From: Okamejei kenojei
Taxonomy: Eukaryota
Assembly (NCBI GenBank): GCA_035221665.1
Contig: CM069140.1
Coordinates: 48,794,001 to 48,858,000, forward strand
Reading direction: 5' to 3'
DNA: 64,000 bases
Shown here: piece by piece, positions 1 through 12,390 of the stretch
Layout of the letters: each line of letters starts with the position of its first letter
Numbering within the stretch: the stretch's first letter is position 1
Notes under the pieces: model-generated
Told to the model about the DNA's origin: nothing
Databases searched by the model: none
The model's input: the letters and a program-made list of their open reading frames with translations, nothing else
Program-made: the position numbers and the translations under genes

Positions 1-891
1 CACTCATTCTTGCTCTCCAGTGTAAACAGGAGCTCCATTGACTAGCTCCAATAAGGTACTAACAAGATTAAAATACTTGATTGAAAGCTCTCGCATGTTA
101 ATTGTGGATTGCTTGTCCATCCTTGTCTAACTGCCTGCTAAATTTTCTAATGTTACTTTCTACATAAACTTGCTTTCTGGCAGGATGCGTTGATGAACAA
201 AAATGGCTGGCTGCATTTCACTGTCTTTGGCTGTGTATGCTCAAGGCAATTTAAATAATTCTTAATCTCAATCCACTGCGCACAATATTTTGAAATCTCA
301 AATATAAACTTTTACCTAAATTTGACAAGCTGCTGGGGAAAGGTTCTTATTATCTATCCTTAAACAAAAATATCATCATCATTTTCCTTCACTACTTTGT
401 CTGTTCTCTTATTCTGCCTTTTTGGGTCATGGACTTTCTTTGTGATTTTTACTCAATTTGCGTTATTTTCCCGTATCTAATTTTGTTTGGCACTGATATA
501 TTTTCTTAAATCTTTTTTATAATCAGTTTGAATATTTTTTTCAATAATTTGTATTCTTGTTGTGCAATATAAATTTGATACTGCCTCTTGACATTTTTAA
601 GTCCTTTATGTAGTAACTTGTGTAACAACTATTGCTAATTTTGTTTTGTATAAAACTTTGTTTCTAGTCAAAGTAATTTTTTCAAATTAATTACTATCAT
701 TTTTCTTTATATTAGATTTATTTGTTTATGTACTTACCGTGATAATTATACTCATGTTAATTATTATGAATTGTTATGGCCATTATGAACATACTTAAGT
801 TTTGATGCTGTAAGTATCGATCATTTAAGTTGCTCATAATTCTGTTCTGTTTTCATGCAATTATAGCTTTGTTTTTGACCTTCCCTTGCAG

Positions 892-1035
892 CCAAATCCA
901 TCAAATAAACTAGCAATAATACATATTTTGGGTCTGTTGTCCAATTTGTTTACCACATTGGATATCAGTCACCATGATGATGAGCCAGAAGGCAGTGAAG
1001 CAAAGAAAAAACCCACCTTGCAAGGACCTAACCCT
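892..1035 (+). CDS. IPO13: Importin-13 internal coding exon (PNPSNKLAIIHILGLLSNLFTTLDISHH...QGPNP)
   Basis: ttgcag acceptor and gtaag donor; 144 bp in frame; peptide recognised as the vertebrate IPO13 C-terminal HEAT region. Upstream exons lie outside the window. Confidence 0.95.
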
Positions 1036-1201
1036 GTAAGTACTAGCAGTGGTACTGACATGGGCTTCTCATGAATTAATCGTATTCTGTTTAGAAATAG
1101 AACGCTGTTTATTTAATCAGGGACTCTATTGTGGGAAAAAAATGCATTTTTATAAACTCTAAAGTTCAAAGTGAGCTACTAAAGGTGATTTTTTTTCACA
1201 G

Positions 1202-1282
1202 GTTGTGGTGGTCCTTCAACAAGTCTTCCAACTCATACAGAAAGTGTTGTCTAAATGGCTGAATGATGCTCAGGTTGTTGAG
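1202..1282 (+). CDS. IPO13: Importin-13 exon (VVVVLQQVFQLIQKVLSKWLNDAQVVE)
   Basis: cacag/gtaag boundaries, 81 bp, continues the frame. Confidence 0.95.
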
Positions 1283-2281
1283 GTAAGGCAAATCATTAAG
1301 GATTGCTATGTTTTCTAAAGTCATGTGATGTGTGTTTTCCTTTTTGACTTGAGTTCTATGTTTTTATTTATACAATGTGGCTTCTAAAAAAAAAATCATA
1401 ATCAGTTGGCCTTGCTCAGTCGCTTAGAAATTCCCTTTTAAAGAAAAAGTGTCTTCAAGCCCTTTTTTGTGTAAAGATGAATTTTCAGTGCTAGGGTAGC
1501 ATATTTGCATTTCTTGTTAGAGCATTGAAACACAATGTGTTTAGTGGGATGTATTTAGATTTGTATCTAATTCAGAACTTTTGTTTGTCTCTTATGGTAC
1601 CAATTTACATTTGTACAGCACTTTTCTAATATGTTAAAATATTCAAGACATTTCTGGTATGACCAGCTAAAAATATGTTTTTGATGATGGAGATTTTGGC
1701 AAGGTGAATATCTTTGTTCAAGGAAATGGAAAGGAGAAAAATGGAGAACCAGGTGGGTTTGGGAAAATAATTCTAGATACCTGAGATATCTCTCCGAGTA
1801 GAGGGGTTGGGAATTACTTAAGTCTTCTGTGTGAACTTGAAAATAGGGTGGAGAAGGATGTAGGAATTGAGTCACCTTTTTGATTAAAATTTTGATTGGC
1901 TATTGTGATATTGCTTCCGCTGACCAAATAGTTATTTGTTTTCTACTGTACTTTCTGTTGTCGGAATTTTTTAGATTAACCATTCTGTTAAGGCAAATTA
2001 ATTTCATGTTGATCCCTTTATAATTACTGTTCTCCTCTGAGCTACATGCGTAGTAAAAGCCAATATAAAATCACCGCTAGTCACCCTGGATGTCATCTGT
2101 ATTTGGCTAATTGTAGAGTAGTCCTAGAAGGTATCTCGGTGTTCACCAAATCGTCAACTTTGAAATGCATGGCAAACAAAATCTGTTTGTAGCAAAATCA
2201 GTTTGCCACTTTTAATTGTCAAAAAAAAACTTTCCAAAGATGGCATACAAATGATCTCTCTTGTACAGTCAAGACTACTTT

Positions 2282-3838
2282 TAGAAACATAGAAACATAG
2301 AGGATAGGTGCAGGAGTAGGCCCTTCGAGCCTGCACCGCCATTCAATATGATCATGGCTGATCTCCAACTCAGTATCCTGTACCTGCGTTCTTTCCATAC
2401 CCCCTGATCCCTATAGCCACAAGGGCCACATCTAACTCCATCTTAAATATAGCCAATGAACTGGCCTCAACTACCTTCTGTGGCAGAGAATTCCACAGAT
2501 TCATCACTCTTTGTGTGAAAAATGATTTTCTCATCTCGGTCCTAAAAGACTTCCTCCTTATCCTTAAACTGTGACCCCTTGTTCTGGACTTCCCCAACAT
2601 CGGGAACAATTTTCCTGCATCTAGCCTGTCCAACCCCTTAAGAATTTTGTAAGTCTCTATAAGATCCCCCCTCAATCTTCTAAATTCCAGCGAGTACAAG
2701 CCGAGTCTATCCAGTCTTTCTTCATATGGAAGTCCTGCCATCCCAGGAATCAGTCTGGTGAACCTTCTCTGTACTCCCTCGATGGCAAGAATGTCTTTCC
2801 TCAGATTAGGAGACCAAAACTGTATGCAATACTCCAGGTGTGGCCTCACCAAGACCCTGTACAACTGCAGTAGAACCTCCCTGCTCTTGTACTCAAATCC
2901 TTTTGCTATGAATGCCAACATACCATTCGCTTTCTTCACTGCCTGCTGCACCTGCATGACTGCTTTCAATGACTAGTGTACCATGACACCCAGGTCTCGT
3001 TGCATCTCCCCTTTTCCTAATCTGCCACCATTCAGATAATAGTCTACTTTCCTGTTTTTGCCACCAAAGTGGATAACCTCACATTTATCCACATTATACT
3101 CCATCTGCCATGCATTTGCCCACTCACCCAACCTGTCCAAATCACCTTGCAGCCTCCTAGCATCCTCCTCACAGCTAACACTGCCCCCCAGCTTCGTGTC
3201 ATCCGCAAACCTGGAGATGTAGCATTCAATTCCCTCATCCCGATCATTAATATATGTTGTAAATAGCTGGGGTCCCAGCACTGTGCCTTGCGGTACCCGA
3301 TGCACTGCCTGCCATTCTGAAAAATGACCCGTTTACTCCTACTCTTTGCCTCCTGTCTGCCAGCCAGTTCTCTATCCACATCAATACTGAACCCCCAATA
3401 TCGTGTGCCTTAAGTTTGTATACTAATCTCTTATGTGGGACCTTGTCGAAAGCCTTCTGAAAGACCAGATATAACACATCCACAGGTTCTCCCTTATCCA
3501 CTCTACTAGTTACATCCTGGAAAAATTCTATAAGATTCGTCAGACATGATTTACCTTTCATAAATCCATGCTGACTTTGTCCGATGATTTCACCACTTTC
3601 CAAATGTGCTGCTATCCCATCTTTAATAACTGACTCTAGCATTTTCCCCACTACCGATGTTAAACTGGTGTGTAATTCCCCGTTTTCTCTCTCCCACCAT
3701 TTTTAAAAAGTGGGGTTACATTAGCTACCCTCCAATCCTCAGAATCTACTCCAGAATCTAAAGAGTTTTGAAAAATGATCACTAATGTATCCACTATTTC
3801 CGGGGCTACTTCCTTAAGTACTTTGGGATACTTGCCTT
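2282..3838 (-). mobile_element. CR1/HER1-like LINE, 5'-truncated ORF2 (RT) and 3' tail
   Basis: [49 protein letters not shown] motifs over frameshifted ORFs; (ctatgttt)n tail. Confidence 0.92.
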
Positions 3839-3888
3839 TCTTTTGCCTTTCTTCACTTTGTTGACAATGAAGATTAGTGATGAATAGT

Positions 3889-4801
3889 TTAAGAAAGAAC
3901 TGCAGATGCTGGAAAAATGCTGGAGAAACTCGTCCGGTGAGGCAGCATCTATGGAGCGAAGGAATAGGTGACGTTTCGGGTCGAGACTATTCTTCAGACT
4001 GATGTTGGGGTGGGGGAGGGGTGGAAAGAAGAAAGGAAGAGGTGGAGGCCGTGGGCTGTGGGAGAGCTGGGAAGGGGAGGGGAAGGAGGGGGAAAGCAAG
4101 GACTACCTGATATTGGAGAATACAATGTTCATACCACTGGGGTGTAAACTACCCAAGCAAATTATGAGGTGCTGCTCCAATTTGCGGTGGGACTCACTCT
4201 GGCCATGGAGGAGGCCCAGGACAGAAAGGTCGGATACGGTACGGGAGGGGGAGTTGAAGTGCTAGCCACCGGGAGATCTGGTTGGTTAATGCGGATTGTG
4301 CGGAGGTATTGGGCGAAGCGATCGCCAATCCTGCGCTTGGTCTCACCAATGTAGAGCAGTTGACACCTAGAGCAGCGGATGCAATAAATGAGGTTGGAGG
4401 AGGTGCAGGTGAACCTGTGCTTCACCTGGAAAGACTGCTTGGGTCCTTGGTTGGAGTTGAGGGAGGAGGTAAAGAGACAAGTTTAGCATTTCCTGCGGTT
4501 GCAAGGGAAAGTATCAGGGGAGGAGGTGGTTTGGGTGGGAAGGGACAAATTGACCAAGGAGTTACAGAGGGAGTGGTCTCTGTGGAAAGCCGAAAGGGGA
4601 GGAGATGGGAAGATGTGGCCAGTGGTGGGATCCCGTTGGAGGTGGCGAAAATGTCGGAGGATTATCTGTTGTATGTGACGGCTGGTAGGGTGGAAGGTGA
4701 GGACGAGGGGGACTCTGGTCTTGTTACGTGTGGGGGGATGGGGAGTGGGAGCGGAGCTACAGGATATAGAAGAGACCCTGGTGAGAGCCTCATCTATAGT
4801 C
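3889..4801 (-). mobile_element. Penelope-like element fragment (end of RT, GIY-YIG endonuclease, pLTR with hammerhead core)
   Basis: NLIYCIRCSRCQLLYIGETKRRIGDRF; hammerhead-like core at 3967-4000 on the same strand. Confidence 0.85.
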
Positions 4802-4976
4802 GAATAGTGCCCATCTAGCTTTGCATCATGGAACATCCTGAAACCCCTTTTCCTGAGCCTGCATTTATAGTCCACCAAATCAAAAATGATGTGTTAATTG
4901 CCACTGTTTTCTGATCATTAACCAGTCCTTAATCCATGCCAATATATTGCCCCAATCCCGTGAGAGCTCATTTTAT

Positions 4977-5697
4977 TAAAGAAGGAACTGCAGATGCTGG
5001 AGAATCGAGGGTACACAAAAGGCTGGAGAAACTCAGCGGGTGCAGCAGCATCTAAGGAGCGAAGGAGATAGGTGACGTTTCGGGTCGAGACTCTTCTTCA
5101 GACTGGTCAGGGATCAGGGAAACGAGAGATATAGACGGTGATGTGGAGAGATAAAGAACAATGAATGAAAGATATACAAAAAAGTATCGATGATAAAGGG
5201 AACAAGCCATTGTAAGCTGTTTGTAGTGTGAAAATGAGAAGCTAGTGCGACTAGGGTGGGGGAGAGAGATAGAGAGAGAGGGAATGCCAGGGCCCGAGGG
5301 CTGAGGGAGAGGTGGGAAGGGGAGGAGACAGCAAGGGTTAACAGAATTGAGAAAATTCAATGTTCAAGCCCAGAGGATGCAGACTCCCCAAGTGGAATAT
5401 GAGGTGCTGTTCCTCCAACTTGCGGTGTTGCTCACTCTGGCCGTGGAGGAGGCCCAGGACCGAGAGGTCAGATACGGAATGGGAGGGGGAGCTGAAATGC
5501 TGAGCCACCGGGAGGTCGGGTTGGTTATTGCGGACCGAGCGGAGGTGCTCGGCGAAATGATCGCCAAGCCTCCGCTTGGTCTCACCGATATAGATCATCT
5601 GGCATCTGGAGCAGCGGATGCAGTAGATGAGGTTGGAGGAGGTGCAGGTGAACCTCTGTCGGACCTGGAAGGACTGCTTGGGTCCCTGAGAGGAGTG
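4977..5697 (-). mobile_element. Penelope-like element 3' fragment with 15-bp TSD
   Basis: IYIGETKRRLGDHFAEH...RKLEEQHLIFHLGSLHPLGLNIEF; gagagctcattttat repeated at 4962-4976 and 5698-5712. Confidence 0.88.
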
Positions 5698-6092
5698 GAG
5701 AGCTCATTTTATGTTCCTGGATTGGATTACGTTTTTTTGCTGTGTTTCAAAATCCAAAGTCACCACATTCATGTGTTTCTCCATATCTAATCTGCTAGTT
5801 ACAATCCCAAAACTGTTGTAGATCTGTGAAACAGGATTTCCTTTTGATAAATTATGATTTTGCTATTTTTTTCTCTTTGATCTAATACTTTCTTCCATTA
5901 CTCCTGTTAGTTGGGGCTGGATTACTATCCTGGTTAGGTTTTTGTGCATTAAGAGATGTTATATTTGTGATAAAAATATATATTTTTAAAATGAGATTTT
6001 CATTTGACTTGGCTTGTAAAACTATTTATATATTAAAAAAACTCATATGGCCTTCAGCATCTTAACAATTAAGATTTCACCATTCTTTTTAG

Positions 6093-6230
6093 GCTGTTTG
6101 TGCAATCTTTGAAAAGTCTGTGAAAACTCTTCTGGATGATTTTGCACCCATGATTCCGCAGCTTTCGGAAATGCTGGGTCAGATGTACAGTACTATTCCA
6201 CAGGCATCTGCATTGGAACTGACACGACAG
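6093..6230 (+). CDS. IPO13: Importin-13 exon (AVCAIFEKSVKTLLDDFAPM...ALELTRQ)
   Basis: tttag/gtag boundaries, 138 bp. Confidence 0.95.
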
Positions 6231-6351
6231 GTAGAATCAATGCTTTCCTTTAAAGATCTTTTTGTTCTATAGAAGTAAGGAAACATTTTTTAACAGGCTT
6301 TTTTTGTTGAATATATTGTCCCATTCCTTTATTTGGTTTCCTGATATCATG

Positions 6352-6551
6352 TGAAGATCGTACTACGATGTCTTTAAGTCTTAAGTACTTTTATTAAACA
6401 CACAGCATACATAGCCCTGGCTGTACGTGGTCTGTCACGAGCACTAGAGAGAGAGCTAGGGGCGTGCGGGTTACAATTATACTGACTGCTGGGGGAGTGG
6501 TTAGCATGGACATCTTACTAGCAATTAAAGGTGTACACACAAGCATCTACA
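6352..6551 (-). repeat. 3' LTR (TG...CA, imperfect 7-bp terminal IR tgaagat/tgtagat)
   Basis: Direct repeat of 10821-11017; adjacent polypurine tract agaggaagga on the minus strand. Confidence 0.93.
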
Positions 6552-6643
6552 TCCTTCCTCTACCAAAACAAGCAGTGAGTGACAGGGCGACCACGTCTCA
6601 TACGCCAGGGTAAGTACAAACAGTAAATTAAAGGGGTACATAA

Positions 6644-9578
6644 TCACACGTAATCGCCGTAGCGGACCGGCGGCCTGACCAGGCGACCAGGACCGGGTCC
6701 GCACCTCGCCATCACCTCCTTCCCCGACAGCAACAAGCGGGAACGCTGGATCAAGGTGGGGGCTATGGACAGGAGGGCTATGGACAGGAGAACCCCTAGG
6801 CGATGAAGGCAGCGGGGAGGGAGGGGAAGAGAAAGGCGGGGAAGCCGGAGAAAGACGCTCCGGAGGAGGACGAGGGGAGGCCGGCCCCAGAGGAACTGGC
6901 AGAGCACAGGGCTGCGACAGAGGCAGCGGAGGGGCATAAGGAGCTGCCGGGGAAGGGAGAGGCTCGTTCACGAGCCGGAGATGCTGGCGGGACCGGCGGA
7001 ACACCCCTGCCGTCGCGGTTGACAAGGTAGGAGCGAGGGGAACCGGCAGAGCCGACGACCACAGCCAGCCCGGAGCGGCCAGAAGGGGACCACATACGGA
7101 CTACCTGACCGGGGAGAAGAGGACAGAGAACACGGCAAGACCTGTCATGGGAACGCTTCTGGATACGGTGTTTGACAGCAATGCGTTCCCGGACCAAGGC
7201 AGGTTTCAGGACGGAGGGGGACAGGGACTGTTGAGACACCGGGACCGTGGGCCTCGTCACTCGGGACATTAGGCGCTGAGCCGGGGAGCCCAGGGCACGG
7301 TCGCGGGAGATGTTGCGGAGGTTCAGCAGGGCCAGGTAGATGTCGGTGCGGGATAGGCGACAACGTTCCAACAACTCTTTAGCACTGCGAACCGCGCGCT
7401 CGGCCAGTCCATTGCTCTGTGGGTATTCCGGGCTGCTGGTGTAATGTCGAAAGTTCCAACGGTCAGCAAACTCTCGGAACTCGGCACTGGTGAACTGGCT
7501 GCCGTTGTCCGACTGCAGGCTGGCGGGAGGCCCGAATGTGGCAAAGTGGCGGCGCGCAGCTTGTCGATGACCGCAGAGGAAGAGAGCGAGTGGAGCTGGT
7601 CAACTTCGAACCAGCTGGAGTACGAGTCGACAAGCACCAGGAAGTGCTTTCCGTGCCACTCAAAGATGTCAGTTGCTAGCGCAGACCATGGCAGGTCAGC
7701 AGCTGGCTGCTGCAGGAGCGGCTGCCGCTGTTGTTGAGGAGCGAGGCTGTTACAGGTAGGGCACGCGGAGACCCTATCCCGGAAGTAGCGAGGCATGTCG
7801 GGCCAGAAGAACTGGCTCTGCGCGATGGAAAGGGTCGCCTCGGCCCCGGGATGGCCACGATGAGCCGTCTCAAAGTATTGTTCCCGTAGTGCTTCGGGCA
7901 CCACCACCTTGTGCCCCTTCACTATCACACCACCACGCAGCACCAACTCATCACGAACCAAGAAGTAAGGCACCGCTGCGTCCGGCAGGGAAGAACGACG
8001 GTCTGGCCAACCCTGCTTGATGATCGCGGCCAGCTGCTGTAGCGAAGCGTCTGCTGCCGTGTGCTCGGCTAGGGACTTCAACTGACCGGAGGGCACGAAG
8101 TTCACGCCCCAAACCATCAAATCGGACGCCTCATACGGATGCTGGGTCGTGGATGAAAGAGGCGCTCGCGACAGCGTGTCCGCAAGAACCATGTCCCTGC
8201 CCTTGCGGTAAACCACCGCAAAAGTGAAGCGTTGCAGCTGGAGCATCATGCGCTGGAGCCGGGAGGAGGCCATGTGTATTGGCTTGTTGAGGATGGTGAC
8301 CAGCGGCTGGTGGTCCGTCTCGACAGTGAAACAGCTGCCCAGGATATAGTCCTTGAATTTGGAGCAGGCGAAAACAACTGCCAGCAGCTCCTTTTCAATC
8401 TGGGCATAGTTTTGCTCAGCGGACGTCATTGTGCGGGACGCGTAGGATACAGGCAGTTGCACCCCGTCATGGATCTGCAGGCAGGCGGCCCCGAGGCCAA
8501 ACTTTGAGGCATCACACGTGAGAAACGATGGGGCGCTGGAGATCGAAGTACTTCAGCGTCGGCATGCTGACCAGCTTGGACTTGAGGGTGTCAAACGCGC
8601 GCTGGTGTTGCGGGAACCAATCCCAGGCAGTGTCCTTTTTCACCAGATCCCGCAGAGGGGCACTCAGTTCGCTCAGGTCGGGGATAAACTTTCCCAGGTA
8701 GTTAACCATGCCCAAGAAACGCTGCAGGCCAGGCACATCCACAGGCGCAGGCATCTCGGACATAGCGGCCGTCTTCTGCGGGTCAGGCTTCAGCCCCGAT
8801 GCCGTGAAAACATGACCCACGTAGGTGACCTCAGGGACCCGGAATCGGCATTTTTTCGGGTTGAGCTTCAGGTTGATCTCCCGGGCCCGCTGCAGCACCT
8901 GACGAAGGTGGCGGTCGTGCTCAGCGACATCCTTCCCATAAACCAGGATGTCGTCGACAATGATGGCACACGGAAGTCCAGCAAACAGTTGTTCCATGGT
9001 CCTCTGGAACACCTCACTGGCAGAGTTGATCCCAAAACGGCATGCGGAGGAAGCGATACCTGCCGAAAGGTGTGCTGAAGGTTGTCAGGTGCGAGGACCG
9101 CTCGTCCAGAGGAATCTGCCAGAACGAACTCTTGGCATCAAGAACCGAGAACACGGTGGCAGGGCCGACCTGTGCAGCAACTTCCTCCACCCGTCCGCAT
9201 GGGATAGTGCGGGCGCCTGATGGCCAAGTTCAAGTCTTTGGGGTTGATGCAGATCCGTATTTCGCTCTTGTCCTTCTTTGCAGCAACAACCATAGTCGAA
9301 ACCCATTGGGTGGAGGCCGTAACGGGCGCCAGGATGCCCGTGGCCACCATCTCACGAAGAGCAGACTCGACCTTGCCCCTCATGGCAAAGGACACCCGGT
9401 GCGGGGGACGGACAACTGGCGTAACGTCTGGATCGATGGCAATCTTGTAGCTGCACGGCAACCTCCCCAGCTTCGAGTCAAACCGGTCCGGGAACTCGGC
9501 CAGCGGATCCAGGGACGCCTCAACCAGGTGGACATCGCTGTGGAAACGCACCAACCCGAGGTCCTGGCAGGCCTCCAC
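6644..9578 (-). pseudogene. Gypsy pol (RT, RNase H, integrase) broken by several frameshifts
   Basis: RT IIVDDILVYG; RNase H YAQIEKELLA/ETDHQPL; integrase HRGHPG..CPTC and LVLVDSYS; C-terminal GRLVRPPVRYGDY. Confidence 0.88.
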
Positions 9579-9580
9579 GC

Positions 9581-10738
9581 CTAGCAGGGGGACACATTTA
9601 CTGTCCAGCAGGAAGAAAGAGAGGGCCGAGTGGCCGACCGCACCGTGCAGTGGAGAGTGACCTTCCCCACAGGAACAAGCACGCCACCCCCATGAACAGC
9701 ACTGTCTGTGGAAACATGCTCATTATTTCTTATCTTGTTAAACAGGCGTGTTGACATAACGTTGGCAGCTGCACCAGTGTCTACCTTAGCAGAGAAGGCC
9801 GTGCCATTCACCGTGATTTGGACGGTCGGGTCCGTTATCAGTCCAGCTGCACCTCGCAAGGAAAACACCTCCAGCTCGCTCTGCACAGATTCAGGGTCAG
9901 ACGGGGGAAGATCATCGTGCTGCAGATACGAACCAGACACTGAATCATCACGAGTCAGATAACGAGACGGCTTCTGCTGTGGCTGGGCACTGTTCCCACG
10001 GGAACGGCATGCGCCTGAAAAGTGCCCGAGCTTGTTGCAAAAGTTACAGGTTTTCCCCAACGCAGGGCACACATTATAACGGTGAGAGACAAAGTTACAA
10101 TTAGGACACCGTTGAGGCGGTCTGGAGCCCAGCAGCGGTGTTGCCCTCTGTCGCCGAGGAGCACTGTACTGGGGACCAGCGAGACGGGCTGTGTGGACCA
10201 CTGGGTCAGGTATAGCTGAGGAGACAGCCTCGGCTAAACGAGAGGCATGCAACGCCTCATGTAGTGTCAGATCAGGCTTACGCAACAGCTCGGAGCGCAG
10301 CTTTTCGTCCCGCAAACCAAAGACCAAAATGTCACGGGTCAAGGCATCGGGGGTCAGGTCACGTAGGTTACATCGGCGAGCCAACTGGCGCAACGCGGCC
10401 ATAAAATTGTCAATAGACTCCCCAGGGTTCTGTCGTCTGGAGAACAACTTAAAACGCTCCAGAATGTGGTTAGTGGGAAGGTCGCACATCGTCGTAAATT
10501 TAGCAATTAAGCAGTCGGGGTCAGCAGCACTCTCACCATGTCCATAGACGAACGACTCCGAACGCTCGAGCGCCTCCGAACCAGCCAAGTTAAGCAGCAG
10601 GGATGCCTTGACAGCGGGGGCCACAGCAGGGTGGGCAATGGTAACGTAATGCTCAAAGTCCCGTCGGAACACACTCCAGCGATGAGTGATGTCCGCATCA
10701 AAGACCAGGACGTCAGGCTTACGGCAGGCAGAAGCCAT
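9581..10738 (-). CDS. Gypsy Gag plus aspartic protease
   Basis: Tandem zinc knuckles CPNC..H....C and CNFCNKLGHFSGAC; protease KVDTGAAANVM. Confidence 0.88.
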   Translation of the reverse strand: MASACRKPDVLVFDADITHRWSVFRRDFEHYVTIAHPAVAPAVKASLLLNLAGSEALERSESFVYGHGESAADPDCLIAKFTTMCDLPTNHILERFKLFSRRQNPGESIDNFMAALRQLARRCNLRDLTPDALTRDILVFGLRDEKLRSELLRKPDLTLHEALHASRLAEAVSSAIPDPVVHTARLAGPQYSAPRRQRATPLLGSRPPQRCPNCNFVSHRYNVCPALGKTCNFCNKLGHFSGACRSRGNSAQPQQKPSRYLTRDDSVSGSYLQHDDLPPSDPESVQSELEVFSLRGAAGLITDPTVQITVNGTAFSAKVDTGAAANVMSTRLFNKIRNNEHVSTDSAVHGGGVLVPVGKVTLHCTVRSATRPSLSSCWTVNVSPC

Positions 10739-10805
10739 CGTGGAAGCAGGGGGGGGTACTGGGACTAATGAAATAAAACGCGAAACACCAGAGACACAGG
10801 AACTA

Positions 10806-10820
10806 CCACTTCTGACACCA
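10806..10820 (-). promoter_or_regulatory. Primer-binding site complementary to tRNA-Leu(CAA) 3' end
   Basis: TGGTGTCAGAAGTGG directly after the 5' LTR; complementary to ...CCACUUCUGACACCA. Confidence 0.8.
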
Positions 10821-11017
10821 TGAAGATCGTACTACGATGTCTTTAAGTCTTAAGTACTTTTATTAAACACACAGCATACATAGCCCTGGCTGTACGTGGT
10901 CTGTCACGAGCACTAGAGAGAGAGCTAGGGGCGTGCGGGTTACAATTATACTGACTGCTGGGGGAGTGGTTAGCATGGACATCTTACTAGCAATTAAAGG
11001 TGTACACAAAGCATCTA
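10821..11017 (-). repeat. 5' LTR (outer terminal dinucleotide missing)
   Basis: Matches 6352-6551 except for small deletions at the outer end. Confidence 0.93.
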
Positions 11018-11554
11018 TCCTGATATCATGTGAACAGGCAACTTTATTATGATCATATAAAGTACTTGTGAATTAGCTGTATAGCATAATGAAAAATCTA
11101 ACCATCATGTGGGCCAGAACTACCTTTGAGGTACAACTTCAATCAGTGGTCCATGCAGGCTTGAGATTGCAGAAAGTCAGCCAAAGTTCTTGTACCAAAT
11201 CCCCAGTGGGTGTTTTAGGAACAGAGGGGTGAAAATCTGAAATATGATTTCTTGGCATCAGGCTTTGGATTGTTAAATCTTCATGGATTCTGATTGTTAA
11301 GTGCTCATGGATTCACTCTTAGTTAATATAGATTTTGCATCCAAAATGCGTGCTTCTCAAACGTAGCTTTGAAAAGAAGGAAGAAACATAAATGGGCCAA
11401 ATATCACTGAAATGTCATGCAACTGATTAAAAAACTATTGTACACATGTAAAACAAAATAATCAAATCATTCAAAAAATTGTTCCTTACAACAACTAAAT
11501 TTGTTTTTTTTCCCCACTAAGTGCATTGATCTGTAGATTATAAAGAAGATAAGA

Positions 11555-12390
11555 CACAAGAGAGTGCAGAAGCAAAAACCAAAGTGCTGCAGAAATCGAT
11601 GGGTCAGTCAGTATCTCTGGAGGAAATGGACAGACAACTTATCGATTGGGCCCTTTCTTCAGACTGATGGAGATGGGGTAGGGGGGGAGGAAACTGGAAA
11701 AGAATGAGGATGGGCAAAACCTGGCAAGTGAAAGGTGGATACAGGAGGGGGGAGAATTGGTAAATGGGTGGAGATGGTGATGGTCTAGAGATGACGAGGG
11801 GATAAAAAGATGTCAGATAAGGCAAATAGTGGGGTTATAAAATGTAAAACCAGATAGAGGGATATGCGTGAATTTGAACGGGAAAGGCGAAAGGGGGGGG
11901 AGGGAAATGGGAGACTGTGATGGGAGGGAGATGAGCTTAAGGAGGAGGGGAAAAGAACAGCTCGCCAGTTGGTGGAAGAAATGTGTGTGCACTGAGATCG
12001 GGGAGGGGAGACGGGGTGGGGAAATGAAATGGGGTAGGAGAGTATTGCTTGAAATTGGGGAATTCAGTGTTCATTCTGCGTAGGAAGGAACAGATGCTGG
12101 CTTAAACTGAAGATAGGCACAAAAAGCTGGACTAACTCAGTGAGTCAGACAGCATCTCTGGAGAAAAGGAATAGGTGATGTTTCCGGTTGAGACCCTTCA
12201 TCAGACTGTTTATACTGTTGGGTTGCAGGCTACGCAAGCAAAATATGAGGTGTTATTTTCACTGTGTGCGGCCCCACTCTGGCTGTGGTTGAGGCTAAGG
12301 ACATTAAGGGTGGTATGGGAGTGGGAAAGGGGAGTTAAAATGGCTAGCAACCACGAGATACAAACAAACCCTGACGGATAATAGCATGTG
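11555..12390 (-). mobile_element. Old Penelope-derived fragment with a nested younger short copy (~12080-12206)
   Basis: Degenerate similarity to 3889-4300; nested copy has a canonical CTGATGA core on the minus strand (12174-12207). Confidence 0.6.

Larger units (their letters stand above)
6352..11017 (-). mobile_element. Full-length Gypsy (Mag-like) LTR retrotransposon in IPO13 intron, antisense
   Basis: Two near-identical ~200 bp LTRs, PBS, PPT (6552-6561), gag-PR-RT-RNaseH-INT order. Confidence 0.95.

Noticed and set aside
886-1074. ORF-track entries overlapping IPO13 exons read as stand-alone small proteins (also 15746-15994, 31447-31809)
   Set aside because: They are exons read through into intron; splice sites and phases fit one IPO13 transcript
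8518-9584. Long + strand ORFs (186 aa, 180 aa)
   Set aside because: Antisense shadows of GC-rich pol with no recognisable motifs
6552-10805. GC-rich block as possible bacterial contamination
   Set aside because: Bounded by LTRs with PBS/PPT and encodes gag-pol; the flanks are continuous IPO13 intron
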